Assembly: GCA_030141605.1 (NCBI GenBank)
Contig: JAQGDQ010000015.1
Coordinates: forward strand, 1,178,001 to 1,242,000
Length of the DNA: 64,000 nucleotides
Reading direction: 5' to 3'
Source: Tubiluchus corallicola
Lineage: Eukaryota > Animalia > Priapulida
Shown here piece after piece: positions 1-38,400 of the stretch. A program made the translations under genes and the position numbers. Below the pieces are notes generated by a model that was not told the origin of the DNA, did no database searches, and worked only from the letters and a program-made list of their open reading frames with translations. How positions within the stretch are numbered: position 1 is the stretch's first letter; every line of letters starts with the position of its first letter.

Positions 1-950
1 TTGATTTTATCAAGTTGTAGCTAAGCCTAAAAACAAATATAATTATGAAATGATCTTCATGAACAGACTTTTCATCATTGCTCATTTGCTTTGTTCTGGT
101 TACATTATGGAAGCCAGTGAAGTTTATGTAGCCTCAGATCAATAAGGTATTGGGTTGCAAGATCCAGTGGCAGTTTGTTAAGCTTTTAGGGGCACTTTCA
201 AGAGATTATTTATAATGGGTTTTTCTTTAAATACATCTCTGCTCCTAAAATAGCTGAAAAGCTTCCGCTGTTACTTTGAAGTGTGAAAGGGATGACATTT
301 GAAAGGTTGGGGATTGCATCGCTCAGTTGTTGGAGTTAACGAAGCCCTGTATATACTGAGAGTGAAATTTTTTTAATGAAGCATGATTGCACAAAGGAAT
401 TAACCAAATTAAACTATAAACCAAGTTATTACTGTATATACAGGGTGTTCCAAAAGAAACAGTGCACTGTCCAAGTGTAGTCGTACCATGTTATGTGGTA
501 GGAAAATAGGAATTAGACACAATATTATTTTTAGGTCAGTTTCTTACCACAATCCAGAAGTCCAAGTTTTGAAACATTTTCTTCTGCATATCAGTATATT
601 TCTACAGCACTGTTTGTTTTGAAATCACCAGCATATACTATATGGGAACTTAGGAATAAAACACTGCATGCCAGCAGATCAAGCTTAGCAGCAGAAGTAT
701 GAGAATATGTTAAATAAGATGTGACCAAAAGTAGCATAAACACATATCCTATCAAGAACCATTACGATTAACAGCTTTGCAAACGAAATGTCATTGCTGG
801 TTTCCTAGCTACTTGAAGCATTATGTGAGGCCAGCTTTTACATTGGCCAGGGTGGTACAATCCATTACAGCTTGACTAATACATACATGCTCAGCTAAGC
901 CACTACAAACACCTTGTTTGCATTTGGATTGTATACTCAGGTACACTTAC

Positions 951-24027
<23,077 letters not shown>

Positions 24028-26401
24028 GGCAATGGTCAGTCAGTCGCTGCCTGAAAAATGACAGAGATACCAATTGTAAAAAATTGCAGATGCTAAAGCT
24101 CAACTAGCCACCTGATTTAAGTAGACCTATATAAAAAATGTAGGAGAGTGAAAAAAACGACCAATAATTAAGTATTGTTGGAAATATCAACTCTGGCTGA
24201 AAATTAAGTACCAGTCATTAGTGATGCCTGACAAGTTAAAGCAACAAACCTCGACCTATTATCAGGAAATTTTTTATTGAATCTAGATGAGTTGTTTATG
24301 GGGTGAACACTGCTTAACTCATCATCAAACATATCCCTTTAAGATGAACCACTGAGCCAGCAGAGGTCTCAGCCACACTTGATACGTATAAGCAGGAAAA
24401 CAGGAAAGTTTACGTCACAGTGCTACTCTCATAAAAAATGTGCACCTATCCATTTGCTGATGAACCCCACCATTACATGCATATCCTTTTAAGCTGAAAT
24501 CCTACTTATCACTTAATGCCATGTAATCATATATAAGCTTAAGAGCTGTACAAAGGAAAATTTTATTAGAAATGAAAGTTAAATTTCATATTTTCAGATT
24601 ATCAAGTTTCAGGTTCCTCCACACTATTTTATCCTGCCTCATTCATTGCTCATTAATAAGTCATCAAGCTAAGAATCGAAGGAAGGTTTCAGCAACCCAT
24701 TGTTAATTTGCAGGTGAAATTCTGCAAAGTATGCCAATCAATATACTGTTATAAATGTATATGAAGTGACAGGTAGCAGTACAAATCAATACAATGTATT
24801 TTACAATGCGCAAAGGTGAAATATTGCATTTTATAATATCCATCACCTGTACAATTTACGAATAAAGTTCTGTAATAAAGTAAAACTGAATAAAATCATC
24901 TAATCTTCATGTCATATTCACATTCATAAGATCATCATAATCTAATGTCATATTCACATTCCTTGGATTATTCTTTGTGTTTCCAAGGGTAACCAATGAC
25001 AGAGTTAAAATAATAATTTATTAATCTTGTTTAGCTGTTTGACGCTTTCATACTTTAAACCTGTGCCCTATGTATATCACAACAGTTTTTAGATATGGTT
25101 AGAAATGAAGATCATAAGACAGTGACCTTTAACAATGTCTTGCATCACACGTTAATTCATATACCCAAAGACAAATTTTTACACCTTCCCAAAAGGTGGA
25201 AAATGTGAACATTTAACCACTTGGTGCAAACTTATTTAAAAATCTATTCTTGGGAGATACAATAACTGTGTAGTGCATTAGGCCTAGTCTTTATGACATA
25301 CCATTTTTTTATTTTTAACACCATTTTATAACAGAACAAATAAGGATAATGAGGCTAAAAAACTTACTTTGAAATGCTGTTCTAATGTATATATAAACTT
25401 GTCGGACAGATTAAGTATTTGGTAGTGTGATGGTAATTTCACAAATTTATGCACTGACTCACTCCCAAATTACTTAGTTGGTCAAAATCACATTTTTGAA
25501 GGTACACATTTTATTTTGGTCGGTACTTGCTGTAGTTGTAGCCTAATGGCTGAATACAATTTACAAATCGATTTACACAAATTACATGATAACTCTACAT
25601 TTCAAGTCGCTCTTAATGTCAGAGTGCCAGAGTTCAGTGTCTTTAAATGGAGAATAATGATTTCGACCTTTTGCTGATGGTGCACATTACACGAGTCTCT
25701 TCTGAACTTCAAATGTCACAGTAACTTTGTTCTTAATAAATTCCCTTGATTGCTTCAAGTACTAATTACAGTACATATCGAGTCTGTACAATCCATTCAA
25801 CAGCTACCTTTGTCGATTCTCTGGTCACGAAAATGTTGCGACATTCGTAAAATTTCAATATTTATCAGTTCACGTAAGTGTATTTTATAATGAACTTATT
25901 TAAAGTAATGATGAAAAGCAGCCACTCACAAATACACGTAATTAACTTGGGTTATTCAACGCAAAAATCCTCCTTCTAAGGCACTAGAATTGCTATATAT
26001 TGTACTGCTTCTATACCATTAATTACGCGTTATTTAATGCACACCTCTACCCTGATACACGCAAGGCAGATTACTATACATGCACTAATATAATCTATTT
26101 TCACAGTTCGCAGCGGTAGCTGACTGGCTCGACGGGTTGCACATAAAATACCCGTATTATATTAATCAAAGTCCCATATCTAGAGCACCCGTATTGACAC
26201 GGCTGCACAACCACTAGCTGCTTCGCATTAGAGCAATTGAAGCAAAATCGTTGTAGCGGGTGGTTCAATGAAGCCTACACGCCCACTGGCACGTGGGTTC
26301 CTAGTGGAAGACAGCTTCTTTTCTTCCTGCCCACGCGGGCAGTAATAAGTGCTTACATTTATGAAGTTGCGATTCATTTAAATGACGCATCACACAAATT
26401 G

Positions 26402-26415
26402 TGACGTCATGCGCA
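26402..26415 (-). promoter_or_regulatory. CRE plus ATGCGCA; candidate SNAP-25 promoter element
   Basis: TGACGTCATGCGCA in a locally CpG-rich patch (~26100-26450) upstream of the canonical first coding exon. Confidence 0.45.
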
Positions 26416-29400
26416 ATGATTATATCAATGACCTGGGGCACCTTGATATGTCATTTATTACAGGTCTAATAAGTGAACAACAAAAGTTGTATAGTAAGTG
26501 AGCACCAAAATGAAATTTTACATTACGTAAACCTTATTCATTCACTCATTCATTATTTATATATTTATTTATTCATATGACTGTTTGGGAATATAAAACT
26601 ACATATATGTAAAACTACTATGCTTACTGCTGTCATTCTCTTTCTTCAGCCACAAGTTCCCCATAACAATATTTGCATTACAATTTAAGGCCAGGACCTG
26701 TCCCTGCCTTGTGCCTTTCACAGTCCACTTCACATCATTAATAACTTAGCCAAATCCGTTTCTACATGCTGTGCGTGATTGAAGTTTTCGTCCTGATTAC
26801 AAATAATGTCATTCAATTTGCAAAGTAAGATTTCTAATTATTAAAATGACTGCTTTTTGGTTATTATTGTTAGTTGCAAAATTATGACCAAAAAAAGTGT
26901 AAGTTATATAGCCATATCATGATGTAAAAATTTAACGCCGTCTCTTCCTGAATGTAAACTGCAATCTTTTAAGTCACATCACTATTGTACTTGGATTCAA
27001 ATCATCATTTATTTTAATTACTGCGATATCTTCATTTGTCCACGATTACGTGAAACTGGTGTAAAGGATGTAAACATAAGGCACTAAAGTAACAACCAGA
27101 ACAAGCCATAAATTTATTCCATCAGAGGCTGGCAAGTGTTATAAACATCCATCAAATATTAAAACCCGGTATTTCCAGTTGATTAATTATGCTTTAGCTG
27201 CGATCATACAAAACTACATCTTGGCTTCTGTGCAAATGTCATTGAAAATTGATTTGACGCAGCCACATGCTTAACACACAACTGGAAAACTTATGCAAAG
27301 CTTTGAGGGCAAATCAAACTAAGAGTACAGTACAACTAATAAATAAGGACATGTAGTGCATTACATAAAGGCTGTAATGTGCTGGTCACAATCCAAATGT
27401 CCACTGTCCAGTAATTACAAATTGATGGACACCAATACAGTGATCAATCAAAATTCTATCCCAGTCAGCAGACTGATGCAGAGGCCATTATCAGCACTAT
27501 TCTCATGTTAATTGATATTGCGAAAGTGGTTGCCTAGTGTACATGAAGTCCAGCCAAATACTCAGTCAGGCATTAATGAACTAGCTTGTTAAAGGCTGAA
27601 GAAGCTGATTAGATGTAATTTAGACGTGTTAAGTAGGACACTAAATGTCCTTCACACCTACTAATAAGCATACATATAAGCCTTCTTAATGCTTATACTC
27701 AAAACAAAGCGTGATAGAAATTCTTAGATCTTCTATCAGACATACACATGCTATTAGCAAAAAACTACAGTATATACCGATGTAAATTTTTTTAGCATAA
27801 AACATGGCTAACAGGTGATCAAGAAGTCAACCAAAGTTTTTGACTATTCAGGTTAATTTACAGACTATTGCCATGCTATCGCTAATGACAACTGTTGCTA
27901 TCAGGGCAGTGGGCATGCTGACACAATAAAGATTCTCAAATGAAACAATTTTTCATGGCTACATTCAACAATGCATCTTTACCTTTTTGTCATTGAACAG
28001 GAAATGGATGCATGCCTCGCTGCATCACCATATGAGTCAATGTTGTCCATCACTAGACAATCTATGTGTACATTATAAGCTTCAAGAATGATATCTAATA
28101 TATATGATTTCACAATACAGAACATAGAAAGTCTTTTCAATTTGTTAATTTTTTGAAAATAAAATTCATGATTACACTGTAATGCTATTCTTTTGGGTTA
28201 AGTTTGCAACAAACTCACCTGCCAGTAATACACAAAGCTCAGTCAGTGACTGAGGGCTTGTAGAAACAATCAATGAGTTGTGTTTACTGATAAACCAGCC
28301 CCTAAAAGTGTTGCGCTGATTGCCTCTCAGACTGTTCAAACTGGAGCTGAAGCTTCGAAAATTAGGTTTTTTCCACAATTTGTTCAAAAAACGATATAAA
28401 TGTTTTCAAAATTCCACGACGTTGATTTGCTGAAAAGAAAATCAAATACTTTAGTTCAAGAAATTTAATTAGCAACACCCCCTCAGTCCTGTCACTTATG
28501 TAATACCATTCTGGAGGTATACCAACTTTTCAGATTGTATAATTTCTTCTTTAGGCATATAGTTTGGCAATACTACAAACTGGAATGCAACAGGGCCCTA
28601 TTATTAAGGATGAATGGCTGTGGGGGCACCAAACTTAACTGCATATTAAAGATAATCCTCTAAGGTGATGATCCTATAAGGCAGAGGCTAGCTATGTCCA
28701 GATGTATCACAACGGGATGGTGTGTACATACACCTTCCTTAATGAAAGAAACACACTGAAGCTGTCAAGAGGTACTTTTCCTGTCAGTCACATTCTTTTT
28801 ACTAACCAGATCAGGCAGTGATAACTTGTTATAGTCAAGCACAATTTGTAACTATTCAGCAATTACTCTCATCCAAGGTAAGCATGTGTAATGCACACAC
28901 AATGTATTTAAATTTCTCAAAGGCAATACATTTTTACTCTGAAGTTGGAATGAAAAAACATCTGTCAGCAATTCAAGGCAGACATTTAAGTTCACATGTA
29001 CTACAGCAATTTCAACAATTCTTCATAAACTATCACATTAAATTTATCGTGCAGTAATTCTACGGAAGAATTATGAGCCCAGTAAAATGGTTATTTCAGT
29101 CGAATGAGTGAGATAACTATGCAGCTTGGCAGCATCTGTTCACTTAATTAAAAATTCTGCTTCATAGAAAAGGGCAAGAACACTTATGTAATTGCAAGAA
29201 GGCAGTTAACTGAATTTACTGTGCACCTGGGACTATATACTGAGATGATAAGAAAGAGAACCACCAGAGACAGATACAATCCTGATTGAAGACTTAACCC
29301 TAATTGGCCAACAAAATTATGGAAGGAGAACATAGGAAATTTAAAGTTGTATCCCTCGTGTGATATGAAAACAGCAGAAGGTAACAGCTGCTTAAAGATG

Positions 29401-32400
29401 CTATTTGATTTCAAATTCTACATCAGAATACTTATAATGTTAAATTTATTCTCCATTGTAGTCATTCCATTATGTGTAATTATATTCACTGTGCTGCGCA
29501 CTAACAAATCTTATACAGAAAGCAGTTAGCAATGCCACCATAGCAGTTACTTAGACCAAAAGACATTCAAGTTCATACAGCGGCAGCAGTGCCAGGTTTC
29601 AGGCAAGTAAACATAGGAAATGGAAATTGATGTGCAACCGAGTAATATGTACATAAGCGAAGCACATCAATAAGTTGCCATCTTGTAATTAATACAGAGG
29701 AATAAAAGAGCTATTACTGTTCGTCTGCTTGCAAACCGTAGATGTGCACTGACAATACATTTACAGCATCCGAATGTAATTAAAGGAGATGAAGTACAAC
29801 TTTTACATGCAAGTGTTTAAATGCACAAGCGTATTTAGAATAGGCTAAAATCTCAATGAAGGATAAATAACTAAATTACGCTGAGTATGTACGTAAACTA
29901 TCACACATAATTTAATTGAAATATTTAGTGAATAAAGCAAAAACATGGGAAAATTGTTATTTTTAAAACTAAACCATAAATACAGAATCCATGCTGTCTC
30001 CATTTTGTTTACAGATTAGTGAGGCTGCTGAGGCAAATCAAAACTACACATTTAAATTAAAAGCAATACAAAAAGTAAAAACATGCCCTTTTGTTTTTAT
30101 CAAATTCTATGCCAGTTTACCTTGAAATAAATTAATGCTTTCGTTGAAAATTTGGACATTTTCAAATGCTATATAATTTCTTTGCTTAGACAGTACTCAT
30201 AATCTGGATACCAAACTTGTCCAACTTATAGCCAATAAATCCATAAATATCCAACTTATAACCCAGTTTAAAGATGCCTTGTTAGGCTTCTGAAAATACA
30301 ACAATAGTTCAATTGTAATTGATTGAATGACTTCAGGTTCTTGGCAATTCAAACTTAGTCATCCGCTAATATGGTGCATACAGCAGTATATATCACATAT
30401 GCACATAAAGTACGGAGCCATTAAACAGATTTTAATCTGCTACCATATAAATCCTCAGAAAGAATCTATTTGTAATGTATAAGTAACAAAGCAGTAATCT
30501 GAGGAATCTGATTCACGCCATGCCTTTACACACATGGATTACTGAGGTTAAGTTGCATGAAAATACAAATTTACATGGTTATTCAAGGTTTGAATAGCCT
30601 ATTTTTAAAACAACTTGTAGAATATCATCATGTCCAAAAGTTTTTCTAAGGCCAAAGCTTCAGATGATTTTTGTAAGTGCCTCAGATAAAGTAATTAAAG
30701 TAATATAATACGAAGACCAGTACTGGTGTCATTGCAATCATGACGTTAGAATTCTTGCTAAAGGTGACCAAGCAGTTTGGCTCTGCTAGGCAAGGAAGCC
30801 GGAATTTTGGATAAAGTAGTGACAGCAGATTACTACGTAATTACTACATACAGACAGCAACATAATTCTATGAAAAATGAGCTTGAAAAACATTTAAACC
30901 AAGCATTTGCTTGAAATTGAATTGTAGTTTTTGTACATTTCAGGCCTTGCACTGCCCAGAGTCCCACTACAGTGATGCCACATGTGACATGACGCATCTT
31001 TGTCATACAGCTTTCATAAGTTCCAAAGTGTTTTCTACAAATACTACCAGCAGCACACAAGGAGGTGAATCAGAGAATCATATGGCTGTAAGTTTAGTTT
31101 AAGCCAAAAAACACATGATGGCATGGTGGCAATGATTTTTGCAATTAAAATTTTGAAAGTTATGATAATTTTAATTAATTCACATTACAGCACATCTCAT
31201 ATTTATACAAATCTGGAGACATGATTAATTACAGACTGTTGTAGTTTTTTTACTGACATTAATTGCAAAGTATTACAGTAAATGTTTTTACATATTATTG
31301 GTACTTATCCAACAACCATCATTAAATTTTTTACAGCAATTTTGATTTTAAGATGGGATAAAACTATCATATCTGCAACTGCAAATACATGTCAGACATT
31401 GTCATGGGTTTCCAAGCTCAGTATGGCATACATCAACAAGACGCTTACTTGCAGCTAGCACCAGGTACAGAGATTTGCATTGAAGAAATTTGCTCAACTA
31501 GAAAGCACCGCAATCAGTTATAACAACTGAAGTTGCTCGTGTCAGCAAGCAGACAACAACAGAGACCAAAGAAGACAAAGAAGTGTCTAGCAGGTTTGCA
31601 ACATTCTGATAAATAAATGTGATGATGTGATTAGTTCAAAATTCATTCACAATCAGTCTACTAAATTAGTTACTAAAGTACATGCAATAAATTTGCTTAA
31701 ATTCAGTGTTCTCAGATAGAGATTAACCTGCATCTTACAGAACACGAAACTAGGCAAGAAAGATACATGCGGCTTATGGCTATAAAAGAAATTTAAGGCA
31801 AGCTGATGGCAAAATAAATGTAAGGTGGGCTATTAGACAGATCTGCAATTAATTATTTTGCAGTTATGGCATGCCATTATTCTAGCATTTTTTCCCAATA
31901 GCCAAGTATGAGATAACATGTAGCCAGCATATGCCTACTTGCACTTAAAATCCTAGGGTTATGCATATATATGCAGGTGCTCATAAAACGCAAGCAAAAC
32001 ATTTAGGTGCGTTGCTAGACTGTCAAGCTTTTCTGTGCATGATATAGTGTCTATGTGTATACTCTTAATAGCAGGGTTGGAACACGACCTAGTGCGAGTA
32101 TAATAGTAGTTGGCAATTAATGTTAATGTGTTATCATATAAAATATGATTGTCAGTCTATACTTGGACAGCTGGGGCACAGTATTTCACATCACCAGTTG
32201 CTAGCTCATTCTCGGAGTTCTCATTTGTTTGGCGATTGGCACATCTTTTGACAATATGCATTTTTACATAAACATTCACCGATTAGTGTCCACATATAGT
32301 TATATCAGTGTCCAAATCACAATATTATAAACCTACTTTTCACTCTTGTTTTCACCACCAGATCTGAAAAAGTTATTTTGCAATGCACGGTTGCAATACT

Positions 32401-35400
32401 GCTTATCAATGCCCTGCTTGCTCTCAGTGGGTTGACTAGGCTAGCCATATCTAGAATTTCCTTACGCTTTGCAAGAATCTAAGCAGATTTTTGCTGTGAC
32501 ATTTTATGAGAATTCAGAAAATCGAGGTCCAACTGCATAGTTCAAGTACTATGAATGCAAACAGCAGTGAAAACTGATTTTTTTCAGTTAAAGTGATTTA
32601 TTATAAGAATTAGTTACTATCACTACTAACATCTTTTCCAGAATGAGATCTAACATTTCCTGATTCAGTCTCCAAGCTATTTAGAAATTTAGAAGCTTGT
32701 AAATTCTTTTCTTTTTCAGTGAACCACAATCATGATTTTTTTCATTAAGAGATGCGTCAGCAGCATTTGAAACGAGAATTGCTCTGACTGTTTATGCAAA
32801 ACACCAAAAATTTTACTTATAACTTGACAAATTGGCTGTTTCCGAACTTTACACCATCTGCCTCAAATTTGCGTTTCTGTTGGCTTGGCATCGAGCACAG
32901 AACCTTATGATTTTTACGTGCAAATTTGAGTGAAAAGCACAGTGTGCCAAAGACACTTGGAAACTAACTAAGTAAACTCATAAGTGCAATATGGCAGTGT
33001 ACATGCTAGCATAAGGCAAAGAGTGAAAAAGTCAGATTAGCATCAGTAATACAGTTTATCTTTTAACATTCAGGTAAAACCTGCACGAATCTAACCAGAT
33101 TTGCAGTAAATAGCATTGGCGCAAATGCTTAGGTAAATGGATTTGCACTGAAATCATGGCCCTGCTTGCCCTGATTTCAATAACAATAGTTGCATAACAG
33201 AAAGTGAGTACAAGTGAAATGGACTTCGGGGTTACTCATTGGAAGTTAATAAGAGCAGACCAAATTGCAAGAGTATATAGGCTTGCATAGTGACATTCGT
33301 GCTGTGATTAATGTCTGGCTACAATAGATGTGACATCCAGATACTACGCCAACTTTTTGTTGAGCTAAATCCAATGCAAACATTTAGTTTAAACTCTACC
33401 ATATACAAATACCTGTCTTCTACAAAGAAATGGTACTAGACAAAAGCATAACACAGTGCAATTAATTAAATTAGAAAACAGATTTCAAAACATACCGATA
33501 CATTAGACTTGGCGGAAAACAGGTCTCTTTGGATTAAGGAAATAGAAAAACGAGTATTCCATATCCAAAGAAGAACCGTCACTATTATCAATATCAGGCT
33601 CATTAACATTTAAATTTAATTAGTGGAAAATTCAATTACTAGTTGCAGGCTATACTCACGTTGTATTATTAACAGAGGGTCATATTAAGCCAACAACTCA
33701 ATCCAGTGCTTGGAGTGATCAAAAATAACACTGCCAGCCTAGTCGTGGTACTAAATAAGCAAAAATTCCTTGCATCAGAAACGCGGTCCAATCTAGTTAC
33801 CTTAGCTTGTTCCTAGCTTAAAGTTATTAAACGTTCAACGCTATCAAAAGCGTGCTCGCAAAACAAGTTCACACAGTCTTCGACGGATGTAATTGACAAC
33901 GTGTAGAAATTAGAAATCTAGAAAGCTTCGTCAGTGAAATGGGAAATCAATTATTTATTTATCCATAACAGTGGCGCAAAATTATTCGCTGTGCTATGAG
34001 CACAGGCAAGCTCGACAGGTTTTATTGCAGCAAATTTAAATAACTGTGATCCATAAATACGTAACTTTAAACATTATAGTATAAATTTTTATTAATAAAA
34101 CACTCCCAATAAAAAGGAAAGACACGACGGTTTGTCAAGGAGTTTTTTATTAATTGTTTTTATTCTAGTCATTATAAAATACATCCTTGTTGCATAACCA
34201 TAAAGTTCTGGAATTAAGTTATCACCAGTCCTATTCTGGCAAGCTAACTTTTTATGTATAGTATCAGAGTCACAGGATTGTTGACGTACATTAGAAAGGG
34301 CTGGATTGATGGTAGATCTGATGTAGCTTATCTGCCAGGAAAGATAACCGAGAAATAGACAGCATTGCAACCTGCAAGGGTCTGTTTGAACTCATATAAG
34401 TTTCTGAATTTTCTACTGAATGGCTTTGTCTACAATGCGTTCTGGAAACTATTTTTGCCAGTATTTTTTAAGAGTAAAACGTCTTTATACGGAACGAGGA
34501 ATAACATAAAGAAATATGATAAGAAAGATGAATAAATGATAATTAAAAGCTGAATTGTTCTGAGAGGTTACCAGAACGAGGTATAATGTAAAGAAATAAT
34601 TTATGATAAGAATAGTGAATTAGAGATTGCATTAAATTAAAAGTTGAATTGTTTTGAGACATTCAAACATGTGTGGACGATTTTAGTTTTCGTGATTACA
34701 GTATTTTAAACAAATTTTATGATTTCTGTATTTTGTCTGCATGGTTTTAAAGTTAATAATAGTTTGTCCAGTTAAATAACTTTCTTTACAGGACAATGAA
34801 AAAGAAAAAATGGTAATAACAATAATAACGACAATAGTAATTTTTTTTATCATTAGCATTATCATCATCATAATCGTCGTCGTCGTTGTCTTCATCATCA
34901 TCATATTATAGCAACAAATAATAATATCAAGTTATGTCTGTTACGACTTTAACTAAAGTCATCGTCGTTTGCATGTTTAAAGCCTAGCTTTGCTTATATG
35001 TTATAACACATGACGGGCACTCAATAGATGTCTGCGGTTGCTGCCCACGATGTGCATTATCGATCTGGAGGTGTATTTGCTAAATCTTTTTACAGTGCAT
35101 CTATACGCATGTCAGCAGCTGACACTTTCTTGACTTTTTTGTCATTTCAAAATTTTTATGTAATGTTACCATCTGAGGAGATTCCTGAGGCAGTCTTAAC
35201 ATGTGCCCATTTGCCAATTCAGAACGATTTTTTTACTTGGACTTGTTTACTTTAAGTTCAGGAGTCTTCTTCACCACATAATACAAATCATCATTGGATA
35301 TCATGGCAGACCATTCGATACTTAATGGCTTTCTGTAGCGACGTCTTTGAAAAGCATCAATTTCCTTTTATTGTTTAATATTTATTGCCCAATAGATCTC

Positions 35401-35494
35401 TGAATTTTATGTAAAAATACCATGCTGAAAGGAGCCGAAGAATATTAACGGTGCGTTCCCGTCTGTAGATGTTATAGGTAAAGCGAGGTTTGAG

Positions 35495-38400
35495 ATGGCG
35501 ACATCCACGAAAGTAAAAACTGTTGAGAATGATTTGAAAGAAATGAATATATACAATGATATCAACGGGAGCCCGGTTGGTGATAATGAAAGAAAAGAAG
35601 CAGAAAATAAAAAATCTGAAGCAAATAAGTATTTCAAAGGTAAATAGTTTCGGGTTTGCTTGTACGGGTAAGGGCATATTGGTAAAGCACTAGTAGTTAA
35701 GCGTAGCTTACCATTTTATTTATTCAACAATAACAATTACCCAAATTGTATTCATAACAAGAAACTTTAAGGATGCACCTTATTTCTCTTAACGACGCAC
35801 ATTTCGGCGCCCTTGCAGTTTAGGTGGTTCTCCTCACACCCAACTACCTTTCCATATCAGTCCCTTTGCCGACACTACCTCTTTCCCACTCCAAACCTTC
35901 CCTCCCTCTCCTACTCTATTGCCAAGAGCGCCAAAATGCCTAACCCAACCTGCCATACTGCAACTTCGCCAAAAAAATAATTGATTGACTAACTAACTAA
36001 TTAGCAACCTTCGTACAGTTACCTTTTTTGTACTGTATGAAGCCTCAGATTATCGTATGTTTCAATATTAATTACATATTTTATTGTATAAACCACAACC
36101 CTGCTTTGTTGGTTGCACCATGTTTCGAAGGAGAAACAAGTTAGAGAGAGACAAATTTCTTAAGAATTTAAATCACGAGGCGAGACAAAACGCACAGATA
36201 ATTACTAATTAAACTGCGCGTGCTGACTGTAAAACATCTACAATCAGTGTGTTATTGTAAAACATGCTTATGATCACGACGGTTGAATGATGTCATTTCA
36301 CTTCCCATAATCTTCAAAAATCATGCAATTTTAGTGGAAATTCACTATTGTATAAATAGTTTGTAACTATCCATCATGATTTTATGAGCTGTTTTCCGAT
36401 TCTCTGTTATTCTATTCATACTAACACATAAATAGCAATTTAACTGCACTTTCCTATCTTAGGATGTGTTGTTGGAGTGAATGTACATACAAACGTTCTT
36501 GCATTCACTATACTAATACGAAGCTTGAAATCAAGATTATTATTAGTGTAATATTAGTAATGTTGTTATTGCTCTTCTGTGATGGTACAATAAATATTAT
36601 TTTACTTTGAAGTCAGTAGGACTGTAGCAACATCGAAAACTTAATGAGTAGTAGCAGCATTCAAACATGTTTTTCTTGGCTGCTTGCTTTTTTGTCTTTG
36701 TTAATTGAACTACTGTAAAATGTTTTCAGAGGGAAACTATGAAAAAGCTGTTGATTTGTACACAGAAGCTATCAAACTGAATCCCTTTGAAAAGACCTAC
36801 TGGACCAATCGCAGTGCTGCGCACTTGAAGAGAGAGTTTTATGGTTCTGCATTAGCAGATGCAGTTGAAGCAATACGTCTTGATAAAACATTTGCAAAGG
36901 TATCTAAAAAGATTAATTATTATTCAGTAACCTACTGCAAATTTGTTGAAATGCTCAAGTTAACTGAAATAGTTCCTGTTTTTAGTTTCATTCGTGTAGT
37001 TCAAGCTTGGAGCAATGCAAGCTGGCTGCTGATTGAGTTATTTAAGTTGGGTTATCTCATTGGACTCCAGTTTGCTCAACTTGACTACATTGTTTCAGGG
37101 CTACTATAGAAGAGGCTTGGCAAACTTTGCGCTGGGAAAATACAAACTTGCATTAAAAGATTTCGAAGCGGTGAGTCTTGAAGTTTTTCCTCTATTCTCT
37201 GTTTGTTTTTTACTACATTTTTATGCCTTTTTCTTGATCTTTTTTTCTCTTTTACCATTTGTCTTTGCAATTTCAGTGTCTGAGCAATTTCTTTCTCTTC
37301 TGTGCCTCTCTTTTTTTCTTCTAATTTGTACTAAAAAAATAATGGATTTGCTCTCGAATCTGTATCACATACTAATGGGTGTTTACAAAACCACTATCTA
37401 TTAGCCTGTTATTATTTGATAAATATGGACTTTTCTTAGCCTTATGCTGGCTGATCCAGTGCAATGAAAATTACACAATTGGAAATCGTTAAACTCGGAT
37501 TTTGCATTTCCATTAATGAAATGAATCGATGCAGGTCTCATTTTTCTACCGATGACAGTGAATAAAACAAAAATATCTATTTTGCAAACCTGTTAATCTA
37601 TAATCATAAACATTTGTTTGCAATTAGGTGCATAAAAGATGTCCCAAAGATAAGGATGTTGAGAAAGTATTTAAAGAATGTGATCGGATAGTTCGCGAAA
37701 GAGCTTTTCTAAAGGCAATTGCTACAGATGACACCAAAACTGGAATTTCGGAGCAGATTAAAGTTGACATCGAGAATTTGAGTATGTTTTCAATTTTGTT
37801 TGCAGACAGTTTGGTAAACTGAAAGTGTAGCTTAATTTTTACCATGCATAGTTAATTGTAGCCATTCTTTCCAAAATATTCACACAATTTTGCATCACTG
37901 CTTTTAAAACCATTTCAGGTTTTAAACTCTCATAGTTTAGTGAAAATCTGATCAAATGCATGAAATTTTTATGTGCTAGAAGTAGAAGATAGCTATGATG
38001 GTCCTCGACTCGAAGTACAGGATGGTGCTGAAACAGTTACAAAGTCATTTATGAATGATCTCCTAGAACATTTACGAAAACAGAAGAAACTTCACAGAAA
38101 GTATGCTTATCGGGTATGTAAAGGTTTAATCGTGTGCTATTAGTAATTATATATTATGCAGAATAGTACTACTCTATGTTTTGTGATTTTTAATCTTTAT
38201 AAATTACTTGTGTATAATACTTAGTAATTGTCTATTTAAAGTCTTGAAGCTGTTGATGTTTTTCATTGGCTGATTCTTCTTTCAATGTATTTCATCTAAC
38301 TGCTATATATTATAAATCTATTGCATTGGATATTATAATTATCACAATTGTACGAACACTATTTTGTTGTCTAGATATTACTTGATGTGAAAAAGGTATT

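Noticed and set aside
439-460. TA-CAGGGTGTTCCAAAA, a Tc1/mariner-like TIR
   Set aside because: No partner TIR or transposase remnant found.
27000-33500. Possible additional protein-coding gene in the SNAP25-PP5 interval
   Set aside because: Only short ORFs without recognisable motifs or a consistent exon chain; a small gene or lncRNA cannot be fully excluded by eye.
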